Of a DNA stretch of 64,000 bases, positions 1 to 12,490 are shown piece by piece (positions within the stretch are counted from its first letter, which is position 1; each line of letters opens with the position of its first letter). Source of the stretch: Octopus sinensis. Lineage: Eukaryota. The notes under the pieces are model-generated. The model made no database searches. It worked only from the letters and a program-made list of their open reading frames with translations, and was not told the origin of the DNA. The DNA is taken from the NCBI RefSeq assembly GCF_006345805.1, contig NC_043006.1:57164001-57228000 (forward strand), given 5' to 3'. Made by a program: the position numbers and the translations under genes.

Positions 1-1377
1 ACTCCCCAGGTGTAGGGGCAGTGCATAATTTTCCTCTGGTTTACCATGACTTAAGTAAAGCATCAAAAGAATCTTTGCTTTCAGATATTGAGATCTCTTA
101 GTATGTAATTGGCATTGAGTGATTTTCTCTAAAATCGCTTGAAGTTTAGGTGTTAAGTACATTTGCTTACAACAGCTAAGCTGTCCTACAGTTATTTTGT
201 AGCTTATGTATCCTCGGTTGCAAACACACTCGTGTAGTGTTTTGAGTGATGTGAAAGGCCATAATGGTTGGAATGCTATTACAAAAACAAACAAAAAATA
301 AAAAATAAAACAACCTAGGAAAGTTTTATTGTAAATTATATATATTTGACTGTATGTGGTGTTCAAGGAATACTTGAAATAACTTTGTAATAAGTGGAAA
401 GTGGAGAGAAAACACTCCAATGTTATTCTATTGATTCAATATTAAAAAAAGATAACACCTAAAACTAAATGAGATGAGTTACAAAGTAATGTAGTTTGTA
501 TAAGGAAAGAAGTGTAAACTATGTTAGGTAAGTGTTTAGCCCAAGGAGAGCTTTGATAGGTACGGCAGTAAAGCAATAAACAGAAATCTTTTGCTTTATC
601 ATGCCAAGGTCCCAGCTGTGCATTCCAGAATGTAGTCTGACAGTTCGGACATACTGTACTCGGACCATGATCCACTCTAATACTGTCTTTTTGCAAACTT
701 TCGTGGTGATCCCAAGAGAAATGTGGGGATGGTGGACTTGGTCAAAGCATGACAGTAGCTCTTCTTTGCATTTATTTATCAGTGGATGCAACCTAACACA
801 AATTTTTGAGAATTAAAAAGGTTATTTGATGCATCTGCCATCTGTATGTTAAGAGGAGGGGTGTATCTTTATTAGGACTGAGTGGGAAAGATAGTATTTT
901 GCAGACGTGTTGCGAGTGACCATGCATAAATGAGAGGGAGTATCAGGGATGGAATTTGATGTGGCGAAAGAACTAAAAAAAAAAAAAAGCCTCACTCATG
1001 TCCAGGTGATCATTTCGAATATTTTTGTTTCATTTTTATACATGGATTAAGCTTATGGTTTGTGTGCAATCTGTGATGATACAAAATGAAGTTGGTCTTT
1101 GCAGTTTGTTATGGAGATATTAAGGTCTCAGGCAAGACTGGTAAAACTGATGTTAAATCAAATGTACACTTGTGTCTTTTTCTTATTCAAATACAGAGCT
1201 TGCAATTGCTTTTAGTGTGCATAAGCCTTTTACTTCTTTTACTATGAATTCTATGTGCTGAGGATGATAAGGTACTGTATGTAATTTGAAGTGACTATAT
1301 TTTACATATGCAGCATTGTTATGCTGTTGAATGTAACAATTGTCTATATTTGATGATTCTGGTAAGAATTTGGTGCG

Positions 1378-1545
1378 TGCATTCAGATTAATTTATCAAA
1401 TGTAATGCTTATTTATTTTGAAGCTACAAAATACAACTAGCTTCAAGATTTTGAGGATGTAATTGTTTATTTTTAGAATGACATTGTGAGAGGCTGGATC
1501 TGGCCAGTTTCAACATGAAACCAGTAGAGTGGTTATGTGTCTTTG
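1378..1545. mobile_element. Partial copy of the piggyBac-type MITE
   Basis: GCATTCAGATT...AAATGTAATGCTTATTTATT...TGAGAGGCTGGATCTGGCCAGTTT is shared with the other copies. Confidence 0.7.
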
Positions 1546-3782
1546 ACCGGAGAATTACAGGAGGATGCAGCTAAAATGCCATGTGTATGAGACTGAATGT
1601 ATGCTTTGTGTAACTGAATAGACACAAATTTTTAAAGGGAGTGATAAGACAAATTCTTGTGGTTCTAAATTCAGGAAATCACAGATTCTAAACTGCATAA
1701 CTACAATTTTGTGTTCTAGTTTTAAGGGCAAGTGTGTATTGCCTTATTTTCAAAAGGAGCATCTGCTTGAATCAGTTCATGTACATATTACAGCTGTCCC
1801 ATTTCATGCCATATTTCTCTACTTTCTGTATAGTAATGTTTTATATTGATGCCCCAAACTGAAGGACATACAACTGCCCATTACTTCAATGTCCTGAACT
1901 GAATGCCAGTTATCTTCATGTCCTAAATTAAAGGATTTCTGAACCCCAATATCCATCTAGAACTGTGTTTTATGTCTAGGAAATGAAAAAAAAAAAGTAA
2001 AACTAAGTTTGATTTCAATTAATTATATCAATGGCTATTCAGTTTTCCACTATACATTTTTTTTAAAAATTGAATATTATTTATTTCCTGGAGAGCAGGG
2101 AGGTGTCTTACTGACAAACTATTGTTCCCAATCAGATCGATGGTAAGATTACATTTGATTAGTATTATCTTGATTTCTGTTCTTATTGGTCTTCTTCATT
2201 CTTTCTTGTCCAATATACAAAAAAAAAAAAAAAAACGCACACTGATCAGGTAGATCAGGCTTAATGTGTTCATTTAATTTTTGTGCAATATCAAAAGATG
2301 CTTTTACAGAATGGCAAAACAGAAAATAAATGGAATTGGTAGAGGGAGGGGTAACGAGCAATCCCTTACAATACTGTTCAACTGTTATTTTTAGCAGCAG
2401 TCATGTGCTAGCTCTGTCGGTCAGTTGCTTTTACAGTCAAAGAGTAATCTCGGCTTAAAACAAGATGTGAAAAAATAATTGAGAAACAAATTATTTTCCA
2501 GATTTGTTCATTTCCACATGAATAGTGAAACATTAGGAGCAAGAAACAATGGAGAGTTCGATAGTAGTGATGGATTTACAAAAAGGTGAAAATTTGGTAT
2601 TTTGAAGACAACTTTATTTACAGAATGATAATTTCAAATGTATAAAAAACATGACCGCTTAAAAAAAATAATGAAAAAGAAAAAAGTGGGGTAGGGGGAG
2701 TAAAAAAGATAACAGAAAAACAGCAATAATTTTTCTAGAAAGATATTTAACAAACTCGAATATCAAAGAATAACTATCATGGTTAAACCGAGCACTTTGT
2801 TCGGTTTAATAGTAACAGTTATTCTGAACTAATCTGAAACTTAGCTGACTCAAACAATTTTCAAGCTCCCAAGGTTAGGGATTTGTGTAGGTACGTTTCT
2901 TCCTAATGTAAAAAAAAAAAAAGAAAGAAAAAATGTGCTGAAATAATCTTTATTTTTCCACATCTTGTATGGGAGAACGAGCAAACTAAATTATTTATAT
3001 ATTTATAACTACTTATGGTTAGCGATTTTGAGGAAAAAGAAAAACACGATGTATGTGGGACTTGAACGAAAAGACGGTAGATATCAAACTACACAAATGG
3101 TCAAGCATGTGTCATGAAGAGATAGAGATGAGATACAGTAATAGTCATTTGTTTCTCAAAACAAAAGCACGTATAGTGATGTAAGTGAATCTGTACACAA
3201 GCGAAAGTGGATAGCAGATAAGGGTTAGTTAAAACAGAAATAAAAAGCTATGTCGGCAACAGTTGGTTTCGTTCTAAGATGGTTTATTGAGATTCATTTA
3301 TGGGGTGCATGCAAGGCAGTCGGGGATTTTCCAGAGAACGACAATACCTTTTAAACGACCAAACAACAAATCTTATATTTTTGCATCTCGTCCCACCAAC
3401 TTTTTACGGCAAAATTATAAAAGCAACATTTTTACATATATTCCATAGTAAATGCTGAGATAAATACATTCACGAGGAAGAAAAAAAAATGCTTGGTCAT
3501 TAGCCGAGCATTCAGTTTGTGCCCGTTTCCCTCCTCCTCGTTTAAATCGAGGTATTACATAGATATTTCATTTACAACCTATAGTAGACACTTGGACAGT
3601 GTTTGGTGTGAAATATAAAATGAAAGTCGTGCGAGAGACAAAACATCGTAAATGAAAAGCGAAATGAGAGGGTAAATAGTGCATTTTTATATACAATACG
3701 GTTCCATTTAATAGTCTTCAGTGAGTTTAAGTTGGCAGGACTGAATATGTATAGGCAGAACAAGAAACAACATTAAACATAC

Positions 3783-3839
3783 CTTGTATTTGTCAAAACC
3801 GGCAAGAATAGACGGTGTGAGACCGACTATATCAGCCAT
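3783..3839 (-). CDS. First coding exon of an unidentified host gene, copy 1 (MADIVGLTPSILAGFDKYK, phase-0 donor)
   Basis: Reverse complement reads ctatcaagATGGCTGAT...TACAAG|gtatgt: good ATG context, 19 open codons, canonical donor. A CCAAT box lies ~60 bp upstream, the surroundings are CpG-rich, and the exon is identical in a second copy. Confidence 0.65.
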
Positions 3840-3955
3840 CTTGATAGAGCAGACAATATTGTAATGCGAGCGTTTGATCGGTAGTATATGCTCTATTGAC
3901 CAATCAGAGACGTTGTTACAAAAGACAGTTGGGAATTATGTAAAGACGGATAGAG
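3840..3955 (-). promoter_or_regulatory. Core promoter/5' UTR, copy 1 (CCAAT box at 3900-3904; YY1-like AAGATGGC overlapping the ATG)
   Basis: GACCAATCAG (NF-Y type) and CAAGATGGCTG are present in a CpG-rich island, followed upstream by a GA-rich tract. Confidence 0.55.
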
Positions 3956-4394
3956 TGAGGCAGTGAATGGGATGGACGATATGAAGACAAAGAGGTGGAA
4001 GAGAAGGAAGCAGAGAGAGATTAAAAAAGAGATAGAGAGAAAACGAAAGGAGAGAAGAGAAACAAGGCATGAAAGAGAGACAGGGGGGCGATTAAAATCA
4101 GAAAAGAGAAGTGAAGCAGAGAGAGAGAGAGTAACGACGTATATGAAGAAATAAAAGAAAAAGAAATAAAAAGTGTGAGACAGATATTTAGTGAATGAAG
4201 CGAAGAAAGAACGAGATACGGCGGAAGTAAACAAAAACGTACAATGAAAGGTAGTGTGTGTGTTTATACACGCAAACAATTAGGGCCAATATAAAGATCC
4301 TCACCACTTAACGAAAACAAAAAAATAAATAAATAAAACCAGCTTACTGGGTGTTAACAACTGTGTAGAACTCGAATATGAAAAAAAAAAATGC

Positions 4395-5152
4395 GCAAAC
4401 GAACCGGGGGGATGGGGAGAGGATTTTTGGAAAATTCACGAGATCCGATTTTCCCTCATAACTTTCGGAAAATGGATATATATATTGATTTTTTTTTTTA
4501 CGGAATCTCACGTTTTCGGCTATGGAGAATCTGATTCTGAAAAAGAATTTGTTTGTAAAATTTCAATTTAAAAAAAGAAAAGAAAAGAAACCCTCCCCTC
4601 CCAATTCTACGGCCTTGGTCTTCGAGCAGGCTATTCACACGCTATGCTAGAAATAACTGCCAAATCTCACAAAACTGCGATAACATAATGAAAGAAATGT
4701 GTAATCAATCTACTCATCTTTCTGCAAAGATTTCTTTCAGAGTAATTTCCCGCAGTAATATAACAAAGTGATTCGTGTGAAATTAAAATGTTCATTTTTT
4801 TTTTTTTTTTTTGAAAGTTACAAAAAATATGAGTTGAAAAAAGAAAAGTAAAAATAGCAAAGAAATACTGTGACAAAGTGAAATCAAAGAGAATCATTTG
4901 ACCAGCGCAAAACATCGTGTGTTTCTGGAACAGAAAATGGTCTTGCCCATTTGAGAGTTGGGTGTTATTTCTAGCATGTGGATAACCTGCTTGAAGGCCA
5001 AGGCCGTAGAATTGGGAAGGTGTTGTGTTTTTGTTTGTTTGTTTTTTTTTTCAATATATATCCCTTTTCCTGAAAGTTATGAGGGGAAAATCGGATCTTG
5101 TGAATTTTCCGAAAGTCCTCTCCCCCACCCCATCCCCAGGGTCGTTTGGGCA
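4395..5152. repeat. Large imperfect inverted repeat (arms ~4395-4668 and ~4955-5152)
   Basis: GGAAAATTCAC.AGATCCGATTTT and CCCAATTCTACGGCCTTGG..TTC.AGCAGG occur on opposite strands. Confidence 0.85.
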
Positions 5153-5380
5153 AATTGTTTTTTCTTTATTTTATATATATATATATTCGTTTTCTACACA
5201 GTTGTTTATACCACACGCGCTTCCACCCCACCCCCCTAACGGGTGAGGATCTTTATATTGACCACAATTAGTGTTGGATAAAACAGAGATATGTTCTACA
5301 GTACATAACGAAATACTTGACACACCAATAATTTAATGTCCGATTTCATTGTAAAAAAAAAAAATATTAAATATGCAAAT

Positions 5381-5594
5381 TTACGTATCCAGTTTACTCG
5401 AATCAGTAATATACATGAGTTTATAAGTAATGCATTGGTTGATAGTTACAGGTGGTACACTGTTGCAGCGGGAAACTCCTAAGAGTCGAAACGAATTTAC
5501 AGCTGTTAGCCTTATCCCAACACCGCCCTTTTTTTCTCTGTCTGAACATATATTGTGCAGACGGAATTGTTTATAATCGTCATAACACAATTGG
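5381..5594 (-). CDS. Candidate terminal exon (QLCYDDYKQFRLHNICSD...SSKLDT*)
   Basis: Strong acceptor ttttttctcctttttag, ~70 open codons to TAA, retained CpGs, AATAAA ~210 bp downstream. It lies at the end of the CpG-depleted domain. Confidence 0.25.
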
Positions 5595-7738
5595 CTAAAA
5601 AGGAGAAAAAAAATCCATCCTCATCAGCAAAGGAATTCCAGTAGTCTGGAAAATAGTTGCATGAAAGATATTGTGAACGATTCCAGCTTATAAAATATAT
5701 TCCAATTGTTAGTATCACTGTAGCAATAATAATTATTATCCCAGTGAGGCATGGGGTTTTTGGGGGGCAGGGGGGAGTATAATTTACGAAGAGAAGAAAA
5801 GAAAATTTGTTAAAATCATCAAAAAGGTTTCATTTCATTTGAAGTTCATGAGAAAACAAATTTCTCAAGTGAGAAAAAGTAGTGTGAGTGTTAACCAAAT
5901 TATAATAATTTCAAAATTTAAAGAGTAACATATTTTTAGCCGTCTTTTCATGTTACTCGTAAAAATCCTTTCTGCTATATGGTTTATATCAATGAGTTTG
6001 TATTTCTCACAAAACCTATGGAAGATGGAAAAACAGAAACCAAAAACCATTATTTTCTATAAATCTTTCTGCACTGTATTTTTATAGTCATTGAATTTTA
6101 ATGTTGTGATTATCTCCCTTGTCATTTTTAACAAGAATTAGTCATTTGGAAAATTACTATTCTCATCACAATTTTAAAATATCTCACCTTACAACATCAA
6201 GTATGTTAGCAACAACTAAACTATTAAATCTATTTTACAGTTTCTTCAGCTACTATATAAAACAATAGAATTTAAAAACAATCAATAAAAAGGTGTATGG
6301 ACATGATAGAATATATCACAATGAGAGAGAGTGTAGCAAGGTAGTTGTCATTCCATCTTTATTCATATGGTATACCAATAGAAACATTATCTAATGTGTT
6401 AGCTTTTTTTTTTCCATTAAATATGTGAGGAGTGATTTGGTTGTTGTTTCTAATAGGTTGCACTCCAACATAGTGACTCCTCCACATAGTCATTGTGTTT
6501 ACCATTATGTTCAGCATGAAAATGAGACAGTGAGAACCATGATGGAAATATGTAACACTAATAAAGGGCCTCAGTTTTAGAGGGTAGAAGAAAATTTAAC
6601 TGAACCAATGTTTGCCTGGATCTCTCTTTTATTATTCAGCAGAAAGATGCATGTTAGAGGTGACTTCAGTAGAATTCAAATAAAGAAATATATCCAAATA
6701 ACAAAGGGCATTTTATTCACTTCTCTAAGGATTCTGTTAATCCAGCTCCTCTTCACAAAAGAAAAATGCCAAAAGCGAAGCTGCGAGAAAGAATAATGCA
6801 TTGTCTTAAGAGTGGAGCTATATTAAGCAAGTAAAGAACAAAGGCTTCCTTAAATATCAAAACTCTTCAAGATATGTGAAGTGTGATGCAAGTTTGGAAA
6901 GAAAAAAACCTTAGAAAACAAGAAAAAGTCAAAGTTTATAAGCAATGGTCGACTGACAGCGTTCCCTTCCCTCACCAGGAGGAAAAGGTCAGAAGTGGGA
7001 AATGAGAGGTAAAGAATGGCAATTGGATAAAGAGAGTATAGTACAAATATTTGACCCAATAAAAGCCAGTTTTAAATGTATGTGTGCATCTAGTTATAAT
7101 AAAAACTATTTTACATTAATCTGATGGGTTACTCTATACTTTTGTAGAGTACAAATTTATATTCTTAAATGAGAATATTTTTGGCAGTGATTTTGAAGTT
7201 TCAACCAGTTAAGCCATGATCAGAGGGTGATGTATTAGAGTTAGTCTTATATATTTTTGTTCCCATTTTTATACATAAATATATACACACCTATATGAGC
7301 TTCACTTTAGCATATATCTCAAACAGAATTGAACAAACACCAATCAAACTCTGCCTCCACAAACAGGAAGGTTAAAATCCCTATATACTAATCAAATTGC
7401 TTATAGAACAATGCTAAAGAGAAACATAAACATACAACCTTTACTCAAATACTTTTGTGAACATCAAAGCACAAGAGAAACAACTTTCAATACTAACAAA
7501 GTTATGACGTGCCTGAATAATCACCCCCAACCTTACAAATGAAAACAAGAAATTTCCTAAATGTCAACAAGACCTGATTAGCCTAAATTTACCACCTACA
7601 TACTTTTGAAAAATAAGTTGACACACCCAATTACTAAGGGATTAAATACTGGACTTTGTACCTTTGGCCCTTGTATTGTCACAACAAATTATTAAATCCA
7701 CCAAAATCAGTAAAAATACTGTCATACCTCATGCTTAC

Positions 7739-7794
7739 CTAACAAAAGAGAAACAACATATGTGTTTATGAAGTTCAACATGCATTGATAAATT
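7739..7794 (-). CDS. Candidate 56-nt internal exon
   Basis: Acceptor gttattgtttag, donor TTAG|gtaagc, two open frames. No homology recognised. Confidence 0.2.
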
Positions 7795-8634
7795 CTAAAC
7801 AATAACATAACCCCAAATTTAATCAAAATGTTTCCAAAACACTTTTCCATAATAAACCATGAAAACTTTAATTACCACCCCACTCAAACCTACACACCCA
7901 AAGATGATTTTAGCTCAATATAGACTATATAAAGACAAAACTAACACTAATGCATTGCAGTGTGATGATGGTTTAGCTGGCCAAAACTTCAGAGTTACTC
8001 TTAACATTCTTGTTTAAGAATAATAAGTGTGTGATCTTTGCCTTGAGGAAATGTATAACATAATTACTTCTAAATTGATATTATTGAATTGTAAAAGTAA
8101 TTTTAGAATGAAATGTTCTCATAAATATAGAACATTTAAATATTTCAATACTAAATAACCCATCAATTATGATTGCTTTTCCTACAAACTGATAGGCATA
8201 ATTTTCCTAAAACATTTTTTAGCATATTTAATTGATAACTAATTGTCAGGACGTAGGATTTCTATGTTCCTATTCATTCATTACATACTGTCGTCATCAA
8301 AAGTTAAATATTAAACTGGCTTTGCTTAGAATATTATATTTCTTCTTCACATTTATTTTTGCATGCATTCATCTATTACAGATATTTTCTTAATTCACTT
8401 TTAACTTAAACTATTTTGAATTGCTTTGATAATATTGTGTTTGCATTTATTTTCAGATATGCTAATTTATAGTAATTTTATACCAGTCAAATTAATACAC
8501 CTTTTTCTGCATCTAAATATTTGACACAACAGAAATGATAGTTGGTAATGTATGGTGCAATCATCAATTAAAGATGTGATTTTCTCCTTTCTTATTTTTG
8601 TTGTCTTATACTCTGAATTTCTTGAAATTATTAA

Positions 8635-8930
8635 CAAACAATAACTCTGAGCACCTTTTCAAACTCCATCTGTCTAACACCCGTGGACATGTTTACAAAG
8701 TCAGAAAACAGCACAGCCCCCATGACTTTTGGAAACATTTTTTCACGCTAAGAGCTACTGATGCATGGAACAAACTGCCAGCATCAGTTGTTAGTTGTCG
8801 GAGCACTACATCCTTCAAAACTTCCATGCTTCCTGAGATTCGCCAACACTACACCTGATTTTCTCCCCTCGCGCAAGCATGTATCTGACTCATACACTGT
8901 TCACTTTCCAGACATTTCGTTATTATTATT
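8635..8930 (+). mobile_element. CR1/L2-like LINE 3' end
   Basis: NTRGHVYKV...HFFTLRATDAWNKLPASVV is a typical CR1-type ORF2 C-terminus, followed by a short (TTA)n tail. Confidence 0.8.
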
Positions 8931-9102
8931 TTAAGTGATATTTGGGTTTACTTGTCATGCATGAAGAATTATCTTGAAAGTTTATTCTATTTGCATTTAT
9001 TGGTATCTGATTGTTTGATACAGTTAACCAAATTCATTTAACACCTCGTACTTTATAGATATCTTCCTGGAATTATTAATTCCTTTTACTTCTTGATATC
9101 TA

Positions 9103-9930
9103 TATGAAGGCTGATCACACAGAGTAAAGCCACTTGGCACAGATTGACTTTGTACTCTGCTGTGCAAGTGCACTAAGTTTTAATGTTCTAACTCACATCC
9201 ACTGTTTACAACAGTGCTTCAAAGGAACATGTGTAGTGTGTGATCATCACATTGACCAGGACAGAGAAAACTGAGCTGAGAATCTGCATCAAATTTTGCG
9301 AAAAGCTTGGCGATACCTGCTCAGAGGCCAATGCAAAGTTTTCAAAAAGTTTTCATCGTCCTCAACACAATCAAGATCTTGTACAACTGAAACCCGAGTG
9401 TCTTTTTGGTCAGCTGAAAACAGTTTTGACACGCATCTCATACCCAAATCTTCAGTGAAAATGGACTGAACTGAGCTGTAACTAATCTGCACATCCTCTG
9501 ATAACTCATAGATGGTGATTTGTCAACTTCCCTTCACAGCTGCATGCACATCTGCAATGTTTTTCTCAGTTCTGCTGGTTGCAAGTCTCCTAGAACGTTC
9601 ATAAATATCAACATATTTTTAGCCATCTTGGAAACGTCTGAACCACTTGTACACTTGTGGGCAGCTCATATGCTCCTCTCCATACACTTTCTGCAACTTT
9701 GTGTAGGCCTCTGAGCAGGTGTCGCCATGACAACTTTCTCTGTCATGGTCAATGTGGCGATCACATACTACATACCTTCCTTCCTTCCAAGCAGTGCCAT
9801 AAGAAGCAGTAGTGAGCTAAAACATCAAAACTTAATGCGCATGCACAGCAGAGTTCAAGGTCAATTTGTGCCAAGCAGCTTTAGCTTCGTTGCTATGGCA
9901 ACAGTCCGGATACTTATTGATCAGCCCGCA
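9103..9930. mobile_element. Two mariner 5' fragments in inverted (converging) orientation
   Basis: Plus 9103-9335 (ELRICIKFCEKLGDTCSEA) and minus ~9335-9930 (GDTCSEAYTKLQKVYGEE...YKWFRRF). TIR-like GGCTGATCAATAAGTATCCGGACT at ~9903-9926. Confidence 0.8.
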
Positions 9931-9939
9931 CACATGCGC

Positions 9940-9970
<31 letters not shown>

Positions 9971-10874
9971 CACACATACACACACACACACACACTGTTT
10001 CCCAGAGGATATTAACACACATTACTGATAGCATATATAATAATAATACTACAGTTGGATCCAAAGAAAAGATATCTAATGATGGCATGACAGTACTAAT
10101 GATGGTTATTTCATATGTAATTACATTGCTACAGATTCTGGAAGATATAGTCAATTGTAATATTTAATATAGGACTGTTGCTTGATCAAACATGAAAAGA
10201 TGAAAGGCAAAGTTAACTATGGTGAGATTCAAGTTTGGAACATAAAGGCAGAAGGCCATTATGAAACTTAGATGGAAGAGGACAGAGTACATAGTACTTG
10301 ACTCTCTCTCTTTTTTACTCTTTTACTTGTTTCAGTCATTTGACTGCGGCCATGCTGGAGCACTGCCTTTAATCGAGCAACTCGACCCCGCGACTTATTC
10401 TTTTGTAAGCCCAGTTAAGTACTGGGCTTAAGTACTTCTATCGGTATCTTTTGCTGAACCGCTAAGTAATGGGGACATAAACACACGAGGCTATAGTAGA
10501 AGACACTTGCCCAAGGTGCCACGCAGTGGGACTGAACCCGGAACCATGTGGTTGGTAAACAAGCTACTTACCACACAGCCACTCCTGCCTGGTAACTTAC
10601 CTGACTGGTAACTTTGTCTTATAAACACAGATGAGATTGAAACAGAGATCATAAATGGTCATAACTAAATTAGCACATGACCAATTTTGCCAATCTACTG
10701 CCCTTCCTTCATTCATTTTTACATCAGATTTTTTCTGATAGCATGGGTTAGACAAATATGATGTTGAGGCATTGTTTTACAAATAGATATTCTTCCTGAT
10801 ACTAATCTTCAGTTGTTTTGTATTCCACATGGCTTAAGAAGTACAAGGCAAAGGAACTGTTTATTGACAGAGGT

Positions 10875-11019
10875 GTAGGAGTGGCTGTGTGGTAAGTAGC
10901 TTGCTTACCAACCACATGGTTCCGGGTTCAGTCCTTGGGCAAGTGTCTTCTGCTATAGCCTCGAGTCGACCAAAGACTTGTGAGTGGATTTGGTATACGG
11001 AAACTGAAAGAAGCCCATC

Positions 11020-11069
<50 letters not shown>

Positions 11070-11270
11070 ATGCTTGTGTGTCTGTGTTTGTCCCCCCAAC
11101 ATCGCTTGACAACCGATGCTGGTGTGTTTAAATCCTCGTAACTTAGCAAAAGAGACCGATAGAATAAGTACTAGGCTTACAAAGAATAAGCCCTGGGGTT
11201 GATTTGCTTGACTAAAGGCGGTACTCCAGCATGGCTACAGTCAAACGAGTGAAACAAGTAAAAGAGAGAG
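10875..11270 (+). mobile_element. tRNA-derived SINE family B (Deu/Nin-like central domain, internal (TG)n, AAAGAGT tail)
   Basis: GGAGTGGCTGTGTGGTAAG...GTGAGTGGATTTGGTA...GAAACTGAAAGAAGCCC. Other copies at ~10311-10590(-), 12558-12870(+), 13740-13975(+), 17365-18290(-), 30265-30422(-), 34190-34575(+), 34748-35443(-, split), 56394-56795(-), 58605-58960(-), 60120-61150(-, split), 62940-63320(+). Confidence 0.9.
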
Positions 11271-12108
11271 AAAAGAAAGAGAGAGGTACCAACAACAATG
11301 CCATCCGATTATGATTTTCATATAAGAAAGCACAGATGTAAAACAGAAGCACAATTTTACACACACACACACACACACACAATGGGTTTCTTTTTAATTT
11401 CCATCTGCCAAATTCACCCAGGGCTACAGTTGAATATACCTGCCTCAGGTGCCATACAGTAAGATTCAACCTGAAACCACATGGTTGAGAAATGATACAA
11501 CCATACCTGTAACTATTCATTTATGTTAACAAAGGCAAGAACTGAAGATAGACATTACTAAACAACTGAACAATAGTATCATAACTTCAGTGAAGCTTTT
11601 TTTTTTAACAGGTATACATATTCACAAACATACATACTCAGTAATAACCTGAAGTCAAAACACAAAGTTTTAAAACTAAAAGCTATTCCTTAGATAACTA
11701 ATATTCTTTTCTACTCTAGGCATAAGGCCCGAAATTTTGGGGGAGGGAGCCAGTTGATTACATCAATCCCAGTACACAACTGGTACTTAATTTATCGACC
11801 CCGAAAGGATGAAAAGTAAAGTCGACCTCAGCGGAATTTGAACTCAGAACTTAAAGACAGATGAAATACCGCTAAGCATTTCGCCCGGCATGCTAACGTT
11901 TCTGCCAGCTCACAAAATAACCAATATTAAAATATTGACTCGAATCAACAGTCAATATAAATAGACAATATTATGCTATTTCCATTATAGTATGATATTT
12001 TATATCACACTACAATATTATACTATTTCTATTCAGACAGTAAGGTGAATAGTTAAGTTAGTGTTAACGTTGTTAATGTAGCTGAAAAGCAAAAATCCAG
12101 TTAAAAAG

Positions 12109-12490
12109 TACAAATATGGGCTGAAAAGTTCATAGAGTGACTCTGAAGGAGTGATGGAATCTTGCATGCATTCATTTCAGCTCTCTTATATATAACATCA
12201 CTTCTTTCCAGGTAAACTGACACCTGACTGTTCAAAGAAGACTTCAAAAGTAACTAGTAGCAACTTCTCTTGAAAATGGACAAAATATGGCATCATAGTG
12301 TTATCAAGTACCAGCGGGAAAAGGGTTTGGCCCCCAAGGACATTCATGCTGACATGCCATTTTTATCAACAGTGCAAAAGTGGGTAGCTGAATTTAGGAG
12401 GGGAAGGGAGAGTTTTACAGATGATCCAAGATCTGGACGACCTGCAGCTTCCACCACCGAGGATAGCAATGAATGTGTTCACCTCATATT
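12109..12490 (+). mobile_element. Mariner transposase N-terminal remnant
   Basis: MDKIWHHSVIKY...STVQKWVAEFRRGRESFTDDPRSGRP, preceded by TIR-like GGCTGAAAAGTTCATAG. Confidence 0.85.

Larger units (their letters stand above)
3010..3955. repeat. Segmental direct duplication, copy 1 (paralogous to ~36060-37086)
   Basis: By-eye alignment: identical over 3705-3955, near-identical over 3470-3704, clearly diverged with indels over 3010-3430. Confidence 0.95.

Noticed and set aside
442-816. Overlapping 71-90 aa ORFs on both strands, one with a CxxC
   Set aside because: No recognisable domain, no coherent donor, and no counterpart found downstream of gene copy 2.
1197-1271. Plus-strand acceptor followed by a short frame (LAIAFSVHK...)
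   Set aside because: No supporting exons or homology, so insufficient evidence for an antisense gene.
3893-4279. 128-aa hydrophobic ORF and antisense charged ORF
   Set aside because: Low-complexity GA/CT-rich tract upstream of the promoter. The same applies to 26581-26982 and 37047-37247.
5490-5540. GGVGIRLTAVN resembling SNF2 helicase motif V (AGGVGINLTAA)
   Set aside because: Isolated short similarity with no other helicase motifs.
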